The notes: generated by a model not told the origin, from the letters alone. A stretch of DNA of 64,000 bases from Dehalococcoidia bacterium (GCA_963555985.3 OY820591.1:1056001-1120000); one strand, 5' to 3'. Shown: positions 36,883-47,747, numbered from the stretch's first letter. Translations and numbers: made by a program.

Positions 36883-38225
36883 CGCGATCCGGCGACGAGA
36901 GCATGAGCACCAGGCGTCAACTTCGGAGCTCAGGCCCCCTGCGCGGAACGCTGCGCGTTCCCGGCGACAAGTCGATCTCGCATCGCACCCTGATCTGCAA
37001 CGCGCTCGCCGCCGGGGACGCACGCATCTCCAATCTGCTCGACAGCGCCGACTGCCGCTCAACCATGGCCTGCCTCGAACAGTGGGGCGTGCGCTTTGAA
37101 CATGACGGCAACGAGCTCATCGTCCGCAGTCCGGGCCAGGCCGCCTTCCATGAGCCGGCCTCAGTCCTCGACTGCGGCAACAGCGGTACCTCAATGCGAC
37201 TGCTCGCAGGCGTGGCGGCGGGACTGCCGTTCGAGAGCCGCTTCGACGGCGACGATTCGTTGCGCCGCCGCCCGATGGACCGAGTGCTGGACCCGCTCGC
37301 GCAGATGGGCGCGCAAGTGGACGGCGCCCACGACGCGACTCGCGCTCCGTTCGTCGTGTCCGGCGGGAACGGACTCCGATCCGGTTTTGAGGGCGAACTC
37401 GCGGTCGCCAGCGCCCAAGTCAAGAGCTGCATCATTCTGGCCTCCCTGCGCGCGAATCGAATCAGTCGTGTGATCGAACCCGGCCCAACCCGCGACCACA
37501 CCGAGCGGATGCTCACCGCGATGGGGGCAGCGATCGAGGTGGACGGAGCCGAAATCACGATCCGTCCAGGATCGGCGTTGCGGCCGCAGGACGTAGATGT
37601 GCCCGGCGACATCAGCGCCGCAGCCTTCTGGATCATTGCTGCCGCCATCGTGCCCGGCTCGAAACTGCGCCTGCCCGAGGTCGGCGTGAATCCGCGGCGC
37701 ACGGGAGTCATTGACGTGCTGCGCCAAATGGGCGCGCAGATCGAACTGAACAACCTGCGCGACGTCTCCGGCGAACCGGTGGCGGACATCGCCGTTCGCG
37801 GCTCCGAACTGCATGGCACGGTGATCGACGGCGATCTCATTGTCCGTGCGCTCGATGAACTGCCTGCCCTCGCCGTCGCCGCCGCATCCGCTGACGGCGT
37901 CACCGAGATCCGCGACGCAGCCGAACTGCGCGTCAAGGAGTCCGACCGAATCGCCACCACCAGCGCACTCCTGACCGGAATGGGCGGCGATCCGGAGCTG
38001 CCGGTTCGCGTCGAAGAACGCGCCGACGGTATGCGCATCGTCGGCGGCCGGCTTCGCGGCGGCGCAGTCCAGTCATTCGGCGATCACCGCTTGGCCATGG
38101 CCGCCGCCGTCGCATCGTTGGCCGCCGAAGGACCGACCGAGCTTCACGGCGCGGAGGCCGTATCAATCTCATATCCCGAGTTCTGGACACACCTGGATCA
38201 GATTCGCAATGTCCCAGCGGTCTGA
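36879..38225 (+). CDS. aroA: EPSP synthase
   Basis: PGDKSISHR, DCGNSGTSMRL, SAQVKS, RDHTE, LRVKESDR, GDHRLAM. Confidence 0.97.
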   Translation: MTRSGDESMSTRRQLRSSGPLRGTLRVPGDKSISHRTLICNALAAGDARISNLLDSADCRSTMACLEQWGVRFEHDGNELIVRSPGQAAFHEPASVLDCGNSGTSMRLLAGVAAGLPFESRFDGDDSLRRRPMDRVLDPLAQMGAQVDGAHDATRAPFVVSGGNGLRSGFEGELAVASAQVKSCIILASLRANRISRVIEPGPTRDHTERMLTAMGAAIEVDGAEITIRPGSALRPQDVDVPGDISAAAFWIIAAAIVPGSKLRLPEVGVNPRRTGVIDVLRQMGAQIELNNLRDVSGEPVADIAVRGSELHGTVIDGDLIVRALDELPALAVAAASADGVTEIRDAAELRVKESDRIATTSALLTGMGGDPELPVRVEERADGMRIVGGRLRGGAVQSFGDHRLAMAAAVASLAAEGPTELHGAEAVSISYPEFWTHLDQIRNVPAV

Positions 38226-38811
38226 CGAAATTCCGCTCACCGTCGTCCTCTCCGGCCCCTCAGGAGCGGGCAAAGACACGGTCTTACGCGCCGCCCTCGC
38301 ACTGGACTCCTCTCTCGCAACGGTCGCAACCGTCAAAACCCGCCCACCCCGGCCGGGCGAGATCGACGGTGTGCACCAAGTCTTCCTCAGCGAGCAAGAA
38401 TTCGATCAGTGGCTGGCCGAGGACGCCTTCCTTGAGCACGCGGTCGTCTATGGACACCGCAGCGGCGTCCCCCGCGCAGCAGTCGACCAGCTCCACCGCG
38501 AAGGCAAGTGCGTGATCTTGCGCACCGACGTGCAAGGCGCACGTACCTTGCGTGAACGCCTCACCGCGCCGCTGTTGGCGTTTGTCACCGCTCCCGACCT
38601 TGCCACGCTCGAACGCCGCATTCGCAGTCGCGGCGCGGAGTCTGAGTCCGACATCGCCCGGCGCCTCGCCGAAGTTGAGGCGGAATTGACCGAAGCAGAG
38701 TGGTTTGACCGCGTGATCATCAACGCGGACGATGAGCACGACCGCGCCGCGCGTGAACTGGTTGACTGGATCAACGCCGAACGTATCCAGCGCGCGCGGG
38801 AACACGATTGA
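38209..38811 (+). CDS. gmk: Guanylate kinase
   Basis: SGPSGAGKDT, TRPPRPGEIDG, FLEHA.VYG, DVQGA. Confidence 0.93.
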   Translation: MSQRSDEIPLTVVLSGPSGAGKDTVLRAALALDSSLATVATVKTRPPRPGEIDGVHQVFLSEQEFDQWLAEDAFLEHAVVYGHRSGVPRAAVDQLHREGKCVILRTDVQGARTLRERLTAPLLAFVTAPDLATLERRIRSRGAESESDIARRLAEVEAELTEAEWFDRVIINADDEHDRAARELVDWINAERIQRAREHD

Positions 38812-38835
38812 CAGCGCCGGCGGCTGTTCTAACAT
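38808..38835 (+). promoter_or_regulatory. Putative trp operon promoter TTGACA-N16-TAACAT
   Basis: Consensus -35 overlapping the gmk stop. Confidence 0.55.
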
Positions 38836-38878
38836 GCAATTCGGTACGCAAGCGCCAGTGCCGAACTTGAGGAACGTG

Positions 38879-38953
38879 ATGAGTGAAACGTTGCGGCGGC
38901 CCCTGGCGCATTGCCGAACCTCGGGCGGAGTAGGGGCTTGGCGACGCGAGTAG
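38879..38953 (+). CDS. trpL: Putative trp leader peptide (24 aa, single Trp near the C-terminus)
   Basis: GAGG SD; MSETLRRPLAHCRTSGGVGAWRRE*; followed by alternative hairpins before trpE. Confidence 0.55.
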   Translation: MSETLRRPLAHCRTSGGVGAWRRE

Positions 38954-39032
38954 CTGCTCGTGTCCGCCGCGCGGAGCGGGTCGCCGAATCGGATCGACCT
39001 TACGCCGCGCCCATCCCCCTGGAGTCCCTCCC

Positions 39033-40541
39033 ATGCCGTTGACCGGTGAACTCACGCCGAGCTTGGACGAATTCAAAGCGCTCGCCCGCGACGCCTCCCG
39101 CAATGGAAGCGGCAACTGGGCGCCTCTCTACCGCGAAGTCCTGGCTGATCTCGAAACCCCCGTTTCCGCCTTCCTCAAGGTCAAGCGCGGACCCTACTCG
39201 TTCCTACTCGAATCAGTCGAAGGCGGCGAACGCCCCGGACGCTACTCCTTCATTGGCACTGAGCCCTACCGCGTACTGCGCGCTCCGTCCGGCGGCGCTG
39301 AAGATCCACTCCACTTAGTCGAAGCCGAACTGGAGCGCTTCCAGCTCGTGCCGAATCCTGATCTGCCCCCGTTCGGCGGCGGCGCGGTCGGCTATCTCAG
39401 CTATGAAGCGATCCGACACTTCGAGCCGCGCGTGCAGCCGGCCGAGCTCGATCCCCACGGTTTGCCCGAAGCGCTCTTCCAGTTCGTCGATACGGTGCTC
39501 GTCTTCGACCATCTCAAGCACGTGATCAAAGTCGTCACCCACGCCCGCCTTGATGGCGATCTCGACGCTGCTTACCGCCAGGCCGAGTTCCGCATCAACG
39601 AACTGGTCGACCGCTTGCAGGACGCCGCCCCGATCCCGCCGGTGGACGCGCCGATCCCTTCGAGCCATTCCACCCGCATCCGCTCGAATATGGAGCGCGA
39701 GGCCTACTTCTCCGACGTCAAGCAGATCCAGGATTACGTGATCGCGGGCGACATCATCCAGTGTGTCTACTCGCAGCGCTTCTCCCGTGAGACGTTCGTG
39801 CATCCCTTCAACGTCTACCGAACCCTGCGCACCGTCAATCCGTCCCCCTACACCTACTACCTGGAGATGGATGATCACCAGATCGTCGGTACTTCACCGG
39901 AGCTGTTGGTGATCGTCGAAAACGGTCAGGTTGCCACGCACCCGATCGCTGGCACGCGCCGCCGCGGTGCGAACGAAGCCGAGGATGCTGCCCTCGAAGC
40001 CGAACTTCGCGCCGATGAGAAAGAGATCGCGGAACATGTCATGCTGCTCGATCTCGGCCGCAACGACATTGGCCGGGTCGCACGGCCCGGCACGGTCCGC
40101 GTGACTCAAGAGTTGGATGTGGAGCGCTACAGCCACGTCATGCACCTGGTCTCCCACGTCGAAGCCGACCTCGATCACGGGCGCACAGCCTTTGACGCGG
40201 TTCGTGCGACCTTCCCCGCAGGCACAGTCTCCGGCGCGCCCAAGATCCGCGCGATGGAAATCATCTCGGAGCTGGAGGAAGACCAACGCGGCCCCTACGC
40301 CGGCGCGCTCGGCTACTTCGGCTTCGGCGGCAACATGGAGACCGCCATCACGATCCGCACGATCATCATGCAGGACGGCGTCGCCTCCGTGCAGGCCGGC
40401 GGCGGCATCGTCTACGACTCCAGACCGACGACAGAGTTCGAGGAAACCGTCAACAAGGCGATGGGCATGTTCACTGCCCTCGACCTGGCTGAAGAACGCT
40501 CCCGCGCCAGCGCGGGTATGCGCGGATCACGCGGATACTGA
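39033..40541 (+). CDS. trpE: Anthranilate synthase component I
   Basis: DLETPVS, LLESVEGGE, NPSPY, PIAGTRRRG, EHVMLLDLGRND, FPAGTVSGAPK. Confidence 0.97.
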   Translation: MPLTGELTPSLDEFKALARDASRNGSGNWAPLYREVLADLETPVSAFLKVKRGPYSFLLESVEGGERPGRYSFIGTEPYRVLRAPSGGAEDPLHLVEAELERFQLVPNPDLPPFGGGAVGYLSYEAIRHFEPRVQPAELDPHGLPEALFQFVDTVLVFDHLKHVIKVVTHARLDGDLDAAYRQAEFRINELVDRLQDAAPIPPVDAPIPSSHSTRIRSNMEREAYFSDVKQIQDYVIAGDIIQCVYSQRFSRETFVHPFNVYRTLRTVNPSPYTYYLEMDDHQIVGTSPELLVIVENGQVATHPIAGTRRRGANEAEDAALEAELRADEKEIAEHVMLLDLGRNDIGRVARPGTVRVTQELDVERYSHVMHLVSHVEADLDHGRTAFDAVRATFPAGTVSGAPKIRAMEIISELEEDQRGPYAGALGYFGFGGNMETAITIRTIIMQDGVASVQAGGGIVYDSRPTTEFEETVNKAMGMFTALDLAEERSRASAGMRGSRGY

Positions 40542-40542
40542 C

Positions 40543-41817
40543 GTGGCCGACGCACTGATCCTCGGCTACGGCATCCTTTTCGACGACGCCGACCGCGTCC
40601 TGCTCTTGCACCGGCGGGCCGCTGAAACACTCTGGCCCGAACGCTGGTGGCTTCCCGGCGATGTGACTCCTCTAGACGAAGAGCCCGACGCCACCGTCCC
40701 CAGAATCTTCGCGCATCTCCTCCGCCAGCAGGTTCGCGCCGACTACCTGGAAACCGTCTACGGATCAGAGCCGCAGAGCGGTCGCCACACCGTCCACAAC
40801 GCCTACTTCGTCACCGTCCTTGAGCCGCTCGATCCAAGACCGGAAGACGAGACCAACCCGTTCGACGCCATGCAGTGGTTCGAGCCAGCCGTCGCAATGA
40901 CGGAACTGCCGGAGGAGCAAGCCGCATTGCTCGCGGCCGCCCTGCAACGGCGAGCCGTAGGTTGGACGCCCGAAGAAGACATCACGCTCGATTCGCTCTT
41001 CAACGACGAGCCGGAACCGGTCAAGGCCGACTCGCCTACAGTCACCCACGACCAACGCCGCAGCGCCGGCGCCGAACTCTTGGCCGAGGTCACAGGCCAA
41101 CCGGAGATCGCAGCGTCGCTCCAACGGAGTCTCGGTCCGTTCGGCGACTACCTGATCGATCACGTCTGGGGCGACGTCTGGCAGGACGGCCTGCTCTCCC
41201 GCCGAGACCGCAGCCTTGCCGCCTGCGCCGCCGCCGGTGCTCTGCGCCAGCACGACGGCTTCGCCTTCAACGCCCGCATCGCCGAGCACCACGGCGTCAC
41301 TCGCGACGAACTGGTCGAGCTTTGCCTCCAACTCGCCGTCGAATGCGGCTTCCCCTACGGCAACGAAGCGCTCACCAGACTCCTGATCGATTGGCGCAAG
41401 ACCGATCCCGACTACGCTCCCGTTCCCGCAGTCGGCAAAGATGACGATCAGCGCCGCGTTGACGCCACAGCAGTCGCCTCGCGTCTGCTAGGCCGTGAGT
41501 TCCCGTCCGAAACGATCGCCGCCGATGCCCAACAGCAGCTTGGACAGATCGGCCGCCTGACGGTCCATTGGGCCTGGGGCGACATCTGGAGCCGTCCCCA
41601 GCTCGCTCCGCGCGATCGCGCACTCGCGGTCGCCGTGATCCACATCGCCATTGGACATGACCGTGAGTTGGAAGCAGATCTTCAGACGGCGCTGCGGCTG
41701 GGCGCGACCCTCGACGAACTCGAGGGCGCAATCAGCATTGCGTCTGTGTTCTGTGGCCTGCCGCGTGCGTCGGACGCCGCCCGGATCCTCCAACGCCTGC
41801 GCCGTGAACGTGGCTAG
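40543..41817 (+). CDS. Degenerate Nudix domain fused to two carboxymuconolactone decarboxylase (CMD) domains
   Basis: VLLLHR..WWLPG (Nudix fold, REUXEE missing); [26 protein letters not shown] twice. GTG 1 nt after the trpE stop. Confidence 0.78.
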   Translation: MADALILGYGILFDDADRVLLLHRRAAETLWPERWWLPGDVTPLDEEPDATVPRIFAHLLRQQVRADYLETVYGSEPQSGRHTVHNAYFVTVLEPLDPRPEDETNPFDAMQWFEPAVAMTELPEEQAALLAAALQRRAVGWTPEEDITLDSLFNDEPEPVKADSPTVTHDQRRSAGAELLAEVTGQPEIAASLQRSLGPFGDYLIDHVWGDVWQDGLLSRRDRSLAACAAAGALRQHDGFAFNARIAEHHGVTRDELVELCLQLAVECGFPYGNEALTRLLIDWRKTDPDYAPVPAVGKDDDQRRVDATAVASRLLGREFPSETIAADAQQQLGQIGRLTVHWAWGDIWSRPQLAPRDRALAVAVIHIAIGHDRELEADLQTALRLGATLDELEGAISIASVFCGLPRASDAARILQRLRRERG

Positions 41818-41861
41818 CGCCTCCCTAGAATGCCGCTAGCTGACGACAAAGGAGATGAGAA

Positions 41862-42662
41862 ATGGCCACCCACGCCGAACGACGACGCGCCGGCAGCGAA
41901 CTGCTCGCTGAAATGACCGGCAACCCCGCCGGATTCGCGGCCGCCGAACAACGCTTGGGCGCATTCGGCAGCTACGTGATCGACTACGTCTTCGGGCAGA
42001 TGTGGCAGGGCGAGGAACTCAACCGCCGCGACCGCAACCTGGTCGCGCTGGCGCTGCTCGGCTCGCTGGATCGCTTCGACGCCGTGCGCGTCCACGCCGG
42101 ATTCGGACCCGCGAACGGACTCACACGCGAGGAAATGGTCGAAGTCGCCCTCCAGATCGCCGGCTACTCCGGCTTCCCCGCCGGCAGCGAGATGGTCGCC
42201 ACGCTCGTCGGTCTCTGGAGCGAGCAGGATGGCGAGCCCTATCGAATCCCGCCCGCCGAGTACAAGGACGACGACCAGCGCCACCGCGACGCCGTCGACG
42301 TGATGCGCACCCTCAACGGGCGCGAAGAGGCTCAAGACCCCGCCGAAGCGCTCGCTGGCATGGAGCGCATCGGCCCCGTCGGCAAGCTCGCCTTCGAGTT
42401 CGCTTTCGGCGATCTCTGGTCGCGCACGCAACTCTCACGCCGAGACCGTTCGCTGGTCGTGGTGGCCATCCTCGTCGCCCTCAACAAGCCCGACGAGCTC
42501 CAGTTCCACATCCCCGGCGCGCTCAATCACGGCGTCACTGAGACCGAACTCCAAGGCGTCATGGCCACCGCCGCCCCCTACTGCGGCTTCCCCCGCGCCG
42601 TCGAAGGCTTCCGCACGCTCCAACGCATCCTGCGCGAGCGCGAAGCCGCCAACGGAGACTGA
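41862..42662 (+). CDS. Double-domain CMD (PcaC-like) family protein
   Basis: [18 protein letters not shown]; [33 protein letters not shown]. Confidence 0.85.
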   Translation: MATHAERRRAGSELLAEMTGNPAGFAAAEQRLGAFGSYVIDYVFGQMWQGEELNRRDRNLVALALLGSLDRFDAVRVHAGFGPANGLTREEMVEVALQIAGYSGFPAGSEMVATLVGLWSEQDGEPYRIPPAEYKDDDQRHRDAVDVMRTLNGREEAQDPAEALAGMERIGPVGKLAFEFAFGDLWSRTQLSRRDRSLVVVAILVALNKPDELQFHIPGALNHGVTETELQGVMATAAPYCGFPRAVEGFRTLQRILREREAANGD

Positions 42663-42664
42663 CC

Positions 42665-43270
42665 GTGCTCGACACCCTCCTGATCGACAACTACGACTCC
42701 TTCACCTACAACCTCTACCAGTACCTCTGCGAGCTCGGCGCGGACGTGCAAGTCCACCGCAACGACCAGATCACGCTCGAAGAGATCGCCGCGCTCAACC
42801 CACGCCGCATCGTGATCTCACCCGGCCCCAAGACCCCGCGTGAGGCCGGCGTGAGCGTTCCCGCCATTCAGCACTTCGGCCCCACGATCCCAACACTGGG
42901 CGTCTGCCTGGGACATCAGGCAATCGGAGCCGCGTTCGGAGCGACCGTGGGCCCTGCCGGTGAAATCCGCCACGGCAAAGTCTCCGCCATCGAACACGAC
43001 GGCGAAGGCGTCTTCGCCGGTCTGCCCAACCCGATCGAGGCGACCCGCTACCACTCCCTGATCGTGGAACCCGACACCCTCCCCGATACGCTCAAACCCA
43101 CCGCCTGGACCGAGCGAGCCGACGGCTCCGGGCGCGTCCTCATGGGCGTCCGCCACACCGAGTACCCAATCGAGGGCGTCCAGTTCCACCCCGAGTCGAT
43201 CATGACCAAGACCGGGCACGCCATCCTGCGCAACTTCCTGCAACAGTCGGAGCGCGCCGGTGAACGCTGA
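42665..43270 (+). CDS. trpG: Anthranilate synthase component II
   Basis: [33 protein letters not shown]. Confidence 0.95.
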   Translation: MLDTLLIDNYDSFTYNLYQYLCELGADVQVHRNDQITLEEIAALNPRRIVISPGPKTPREAGVSVPAIQHFGPTIPTLGVCLGHQAIGAAFGATVGPAGEIRHGKVSAIEHDGEGVFAGLPNPIEATRYHSLIVEPDTLPDTLKPTAWTERADGSGRVLMGVRHTEYPIEGVQFHPESIMTKTGHAILRNFLQQSERAGER

Positions 43271-44294
43271 AGCCGATCTATCAGCCGCGCTTGCCGCCCT
43301 GATCGACGAGCGCCGCAGCCTCACTGACCAAGAAGCGTCAGCTGCGATGGACGCGCTGATGTCCGGTCAAGCCGACCTCGCTCAAGCCGGAGCACTCCTC
43401 ACCGCATTGCGAATGAAAGGCGAGACGCCCGAAGAAGTCGTCGGCCTCGCCGGCGCCATGCGCGCTCACGCGCTCGCCGTCGACCTCTCCGACCTGCCCC
43501 GCCTCGCCGACACCGCCGGTACCGGCGGCGATGGCTCCGACACCTTCAACGCCAGCACCGCCGCCGCCTTCGTGATGGCCGGCTGCGGCGTGCCGGTCGC
43601 CAAACACGGCAACCGCGCCATGTCCTCCAACTGCGGCAGCGCCGATGTGCTTGAAGCCCTGGGAGCCAACATCAACTTGACCCCTGATCAGGTGGCAAAC
43701 TGCGTCCGCTCGGTCGGATTCTCCTTCATGTTCGCCCAAGCCTTCCACCCCGCCATGAGACACGTCGCCCCGATCCGCCGAACCCTCGGCGTCCGTACCG
43801 TGTTCAACATCCTCGGTCCGCTCACCAATCCAGCCCGCGCCACCCACCAACTGATCGGAGTCGCCCGCCCCGAGCTGGGCCCGCTCATGGCCGCCGCCCT
43901 CGGACAGCTAGGCGTCCAACGCGGCATCGTCGTCCACGGCCGCGAGGGTCTGGACGAAGTCTCGCCAACCGGCGAGACCCTCTGCTGGAACGTCCAGAAC
44001 AGTGAAGTCGCCGAGTTCAGCGTCCGTCCCGAGGACTTCCAGATCCGCCCGGTGCCGCTGAGCGCCGTGCGAGGCGGTGACACTGCCGAAGCGTCGGCAC
44101 GGCAAATGCGAGAAGTTCTCGGCGGAACCACCTCCGCCCTCACCGGATTCGTCACTCTCAACGCCGCCGCTGGTCTACTCGCCGCCGACGAAGTCCCCAC
44201 CTTCGCCGAAGGCGTCAGCCGCGCCGCCGAGTGCATCGACGACCAACGCGCCCTGCGCAAGCTCGAACTCTACGTCGAGGCCTCAAACTCATGA
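43260..44294 (+). CDS. trpD: Anthranilate phosphoribosyltransferase
   Basis: [34 protein letters not shown]. Confidence 0.96.
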   Translation: MNAEADLSAALAALIDERRSLTDQEASAAMDALMSGQADLAQAGALLTALRMKGETPEEVVGLAGAMRAHALAVDLSDLPRLADTAGTGGDGSDTFNASTAAAFVMAGCGVPVAKHGNRAMSSNCGSADVLEALGANINLTPDQVANCVRSVGFSFMFAQAFHPAMRHVAPIRRTLGVRTVFNILGPLTNPARATHQLIGVARPELGPLMAAALGQLGVQRGIVVHGREGLDEVSPTGETLCWNVQNSEVAEFSVRPEDFQIRPVPLSAVRGGDTAEASARQMREVLGGTTSALTGFVTLNAAAGLLAADEVPTFAEGVSRAAECIDDQRALRKLELYVEASNS

Positions 44295-45076
44295 CCTCCG
44301 TCCTTGAACAGATCGTGATCGACACCCGCGCCCGCATCGCGGAACGCAAGCAACGAGCTTCCCTCGAAGACCTCCGCTGGCGCGCGGCGGAGCGAACATC
44401 GCCGAACGATTTCGTCGCCGCCCTCCGCCAACCCGGAGTCGGAGTCATCGCCGAAATCAAGCGCGGCTCTCCCTCCAAAGGCGTCTTCGCGCCCGATCTG
44501 GTGCCCTCAGAACTCGCCTGCACCTACCACCAAATCGGCGCGATCGCGGTCTCCGTACTCACATCCCCCGCCTTCTTCGCCACCGACGACGATCTCGCCG
44601 CCGCTGCGCACGCGCTCAACGGCAGCCAACTCCCGCTCCTGCGCAAAGAGTTCCATATCGACCCCTACCAAATCGCCGAAGCCGCCGCGCTCGGCGCAGA
44701 CGCCTATCTCCTGATCGCCAAAACCCTCTCAGCAAGTGAACTCGCAGAGCTAGTCGAAGCAGGATCAGAATTCCACCTGCCCGCCTTCATCGAAGTCACC
44801 GACGCAGCCGAGGTCGAAATGGCCCTCGATGCCGGCGCGCCCGCAATCGGCATCAATAACCGCAACCTCCACAACTTCAGCGAAGACCTCTCCACCACCG
44901 AGCGCCTCCGCGCACAAATTCCACCACACATCCCCGTCGTCGCCGCCAGCGGCGTCCGCACCCGCGACGATATGCGCCGAATGGAAGCATCGGGCGTGGA
45001 CGCCGTCTTGATCGGCGAAGCGCTGGCCAGCGCTCCCGACCCCGCCGCCAAAATGCGTGAATTGCGTGGATCATGA
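44291..45076 (+). CDS. trpC: Indole-3-glycerol phosphate synthase
   Basis: IAEIKRGSPSKG, LLRKEF, GINNRNL, LIGEAL. Confidence 0.95.
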   Translation: MTSVLEQIVIDTRARIAERKQRASLEDLRWRAAERTSPNDFVAALRQPGVGVIAEIKRGSPSKGVFAPDLVPSELACTYHQIGAIAVSVLTSPAFFATDDDLAAAAHALNGSQLPLLRKEFHIDPYQIAEAAALGADAYLLIAKTLSASELAELVEAGSEFHLPAFIEVTDAAEVEMALDAGAPAIGINNRNLHNFSEDLSTTERLRAQIPPHIPVVAASGVRTRDDMRRMEASGVDAVLIGEALASAPDPAAKMRELRGS

Positions 45077-45771
45077 CCCCAGACACGCCCCCATTGGTGA
45101 AAATCTGCTCCGTTCGCGCGATCGAACATGCAGTTTGGGCGCGCGAAGCAGGCGCAGACTGGATCGGCATGATCTTCGCCGACGCTCCCAGACGGATCGA
45201 TCTCGCCATCGCAAAAGCCATCCGCCGCGAAATCGGCGACCGCGTGACCATCGCCGAGTCCTCAGCAGAAGCAGTCCAACGCGAGGGCGCAGAAGCCGGA
45301 CAACCACTCCTCGTCGGCGTCTTCGCCCGCCAAACGCCCGACCAGATCGGCCGTGTCCTCGATCAAGTCGACCTCGATCTCGTCCAACTCAGCGGCGGCG
45401 AACATCCCGCCCTCGCCGGAAGAATCCCCCGAGCAGTCATCCGCGCCGTCCACGTCAGCGAGGACATGACCGCCGACCAAGTGTTGCGCGAAGCGACCCG
45501 AACACCGCCAACCGTGACCATGCTCGATGCCAAGTCGAAACAAGGTGGCGGAACAGGCCAACGCATTGACTGGTCAGTCGCTGCAACGGTCGCCCGGCAG
45601 CGTCCAATCGTGTTGGCGGGCGGACTTTCGCCCGAGAACGTCGCTGAGGCGGTTGCAGCGGTAACACCCTGGGTCGTAGACGTTTCTTCCGGCGTCGAAA
45701 CCGACGGTGCCAAAGATCGCGAAAAAATCCGCGCATTCATCCGCGCGGCCAAGGGCGGAGTACCCGCATGA
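45073..45771 (+). CDS. trpF: Phosphoribosylanthranilate isomerase
   Basis: [31 protein letters not shown]. Confidence 0.95.
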   Translation: MTPDTPPLVKICSVRAIEHAVWAREAGADWIGMIFADAPRRIDLAIAKAIRREIGDRVTIAESSAEAVQREGAEAGQPLLVGVFARQTPDQIGRVLDQVDLDLVQLSGGEHPALAGRIPRAVIRAVHVSEDMTADQVLREATRTPPTVTMLDAKSKQGGGTGQRIDWSVAATVARQRPIVLAGGLSPENVAEAVAAVTPWVVDVSSGVETDGAKDREKIRAFIRAAKGGVPA

Positions 45772-46964
45772 CGACAGCCGCACCCGAGACCGGAGCGTTC
45801 GGACCCTTCGGCGGCCAATTCGCGCCCGAAACCCTCATGCCCGCGCTCGCCGAACTCGAAGCCGCCTGGCACGACGCCCGGCGCGATCCCGAGTTTCAGC
45901 GCCAACTGCAAGACCTCCTGCGCGAATACGTCGGCCGCGAAACCCCGCTCACCTACGCCGAGCGACTGTCGGATCAGCTCGGCGGCGCGCGCATCTACCT
46001 CAAGCGCGAAGACCTCGCCCACACCGGCGCCCACAAGATCAACAACGCCATCGGTCAGGTCCTGCTCGCTCAGCGCATGGGCAAACCCCGCATCATCGCC
46101 GAAACCGGTGCCGGTCAGCACGGTGTCGCCACCGCCACCGCCTGCGCCCGCTTCGGCATCGAGTGCATCGTCTACATGGGCGCGGAAGACATCCGCCGCC
46201 AGGCCCTCAACGTCTTCCGCATGAACCTGCTCGGCGCGACCGTGGTACCCGTCGACTCTGGCTCCCGCACCCTCAAAGACGCCATCAACGAAGCCATCCG
46301 CGATTGGGTCACCAATGTCCGCACGACCCACTACCTGATCGGCAGCGCCATCGGCCCGCACCCCTATCCCGTGATCGTCCGCGAGTTGCAGTCCTGCATC
46401 GGCCGGGAGTCGAAAGACCAGCTACAGGCGAAGATTGGCAAACTGCCCGACGTCGCAATCGCCTGCGTCGGCGGCGGCAGCAACGCGATCGGCCTCTTCC
46501 ACCCCCTCGTGAACGATCCCGTCCGGCTGATCGGCGTCGAAGCCGCCGGCGAGGGCCTCCACGCGCGTCACGCCGCCACGCTCTCAGCTGGTTCCCCGGG
46601 CGTTCTCCACGGCACCCGCACCTACGTCCTCCAGGACGAACACGGACAAATCACCGAGGCCCACAGCATCTCCGCCGGCCTCGACTACCCCGGCGTCGGA
46701 CCCGAACACGCCTGGCTCATGCTCACCGAACGCGCCGAGTACGTCTCCGTCACCGACGATGAAGCCCTGGACGGCCTCAAGCTCCTCTCCGAAACCGAAG
46801 GCATCATCCCCGCCCTCGAAACCGCCCACGCCATCGCCTACGCCGCCAAAATCGCCCCGCAAATGAACCCCGACCAGATCATCCTGATCGGACTCTCAGG
46901 CCGCGGCGACAAAGACGTAGAAATCGTCCGCGACGCCCTCGCCCAAAGAGGAGCCAATCCCTAG
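45768..46964 (+). CDS. trpB: Tryptophan synthase beta subunit
   Basis: [39 protein letters not shown]. Confidence 0.98.
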   Translation: MTTAAPETGAFGPFGGQFAPETLMPALAELEAAWHDARRDPEFQRQLQDLLREYVGRETPLTYAERLSDQLGGARIYLKREDLAHTGAHKINNAIGQVLLAQRMGKPRIIAETGAGQHGVATATACARFGIECIVYMGAEDIRRQALNVFRMNLLGATVVPVDSGSRTLKDAINEAIRDWVTNVRTTHYLIGSAIGPHPYPVIVRELQSCIGRESKDQLQAKIGKLPDVAIACVGGGSNAIGLFHPLVNDPVRLIGVEAAGEGLHARHAATLSAGSPGVLHGTRTYVLQDEHGQITEAHSISAGLDYPGVGPEHAWLMLTERAEYVSVTDDEALDGLKLLSETEGIIPALETAHAIAYAAKIAPQMNPDQIILIGLSGRGDKDVEIVRDALAQRGANP

Positions 46965-46986
46965 ACGCGATGCCCGTCCGATACTT

Positions 46987-47079
46987 CTCTCCCCCCGCAC
47001 TGCCGAGAGACGTCGCGCAGCGGATCCCACTCTCCCCCCGCACTGCGGGGGGAGATGTCCCGTAGGGACAGAGGGGGGT
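46987..47079 (+). repeat. CIR-like double-hairpin repeat (one partial and one full copy)
   Basis: CTCTCCCCCCGCACTGCGGGGGGAGATGTCCCGTAGGGACAGAGGGGGG; inverted homologue at 63368-63420. Confidence 0.75.
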
Positions 47080-47139
47080 CTGAACCAAGGCTAGATGTCA
47101 CCTCCGACACACCCGCCCCAACTCCAATCAACTACCCTA

Positions 47140-47480
47140 GACAGAACACCAGTCCGCTATACCGAAAAACACGCCGATGCCCGAATCTTCCACCCTGCCC
47201 CGCCGCCCCCGAGTGCTTTGTCGCTCGAACAAGCTTCCCAATCCACCCGAACATATCCAGATGGATCTGGAGATTTCCGAATGTCCGAAAATCGATTCTC
47301 CCATCCAGAACAGGAAAAACGCAAATTGCACCCCGAAACATTCCCTGTTCGAATCTGGACATAACGTGAGTCCCGCTCGCGCGAACACCCCCAAACCAAC
47401 CCGAACCCTCTGCGAACAGGCTCGAACGTCCCCGAACAAAATGAAACAAAATGAAACAAGGTGCAACAAAATCAAACACC
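47140..47480 (+). repeat. Dispersed intergenic element, copy C
   Basis: GAAC-acca-GTCC box, core ATTCTCCCATCCAGAACAGGAAAAACGCAA (47295-47324), tandem ATGAAACAAA units. Confidence 0.65.
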
Positions 47481-47529
47481 CCGCGAACGATTCATCTCCA
47501 AATTCGGAGCCCATGACAAAGGCCCATTT

Positions 47530-47600
47530 CCCTCATTTCCGCGCCCCCTTCCGTCATTCCCGCGCCCCCTTCCGTCATTCCCGCGCAGGCGGGAATCTCG
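47530..47600 (+). repeat. CGTC REP-like palindrome preceded by two 21-bp half copies
   Basis: (CGTCATTCCCGCGCCCCCTTC)n then CGTCATTCCCGCGCAGGCGGGAATCTCG. Confidence 0.8.
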
Positions 47601-47747
47601 AACCTCTCAAGTCCGAAGCCGCCTCCACATCTGGTCGGACCGCCAACCTCACATCGCGCGATCCGCTTTCCCAAGCGGAAATCCACGCGGAGAATCCGCT
47701 CCCATCTGGATCCCCAAGCCCCAACCCATCCTGCCGGGAACACCTTG

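Noticed and set aside
47430-47600. CRISPR-like tandem units
   Set aside because: Units of 10 and 21 bp without unique spacers; no cas genes.
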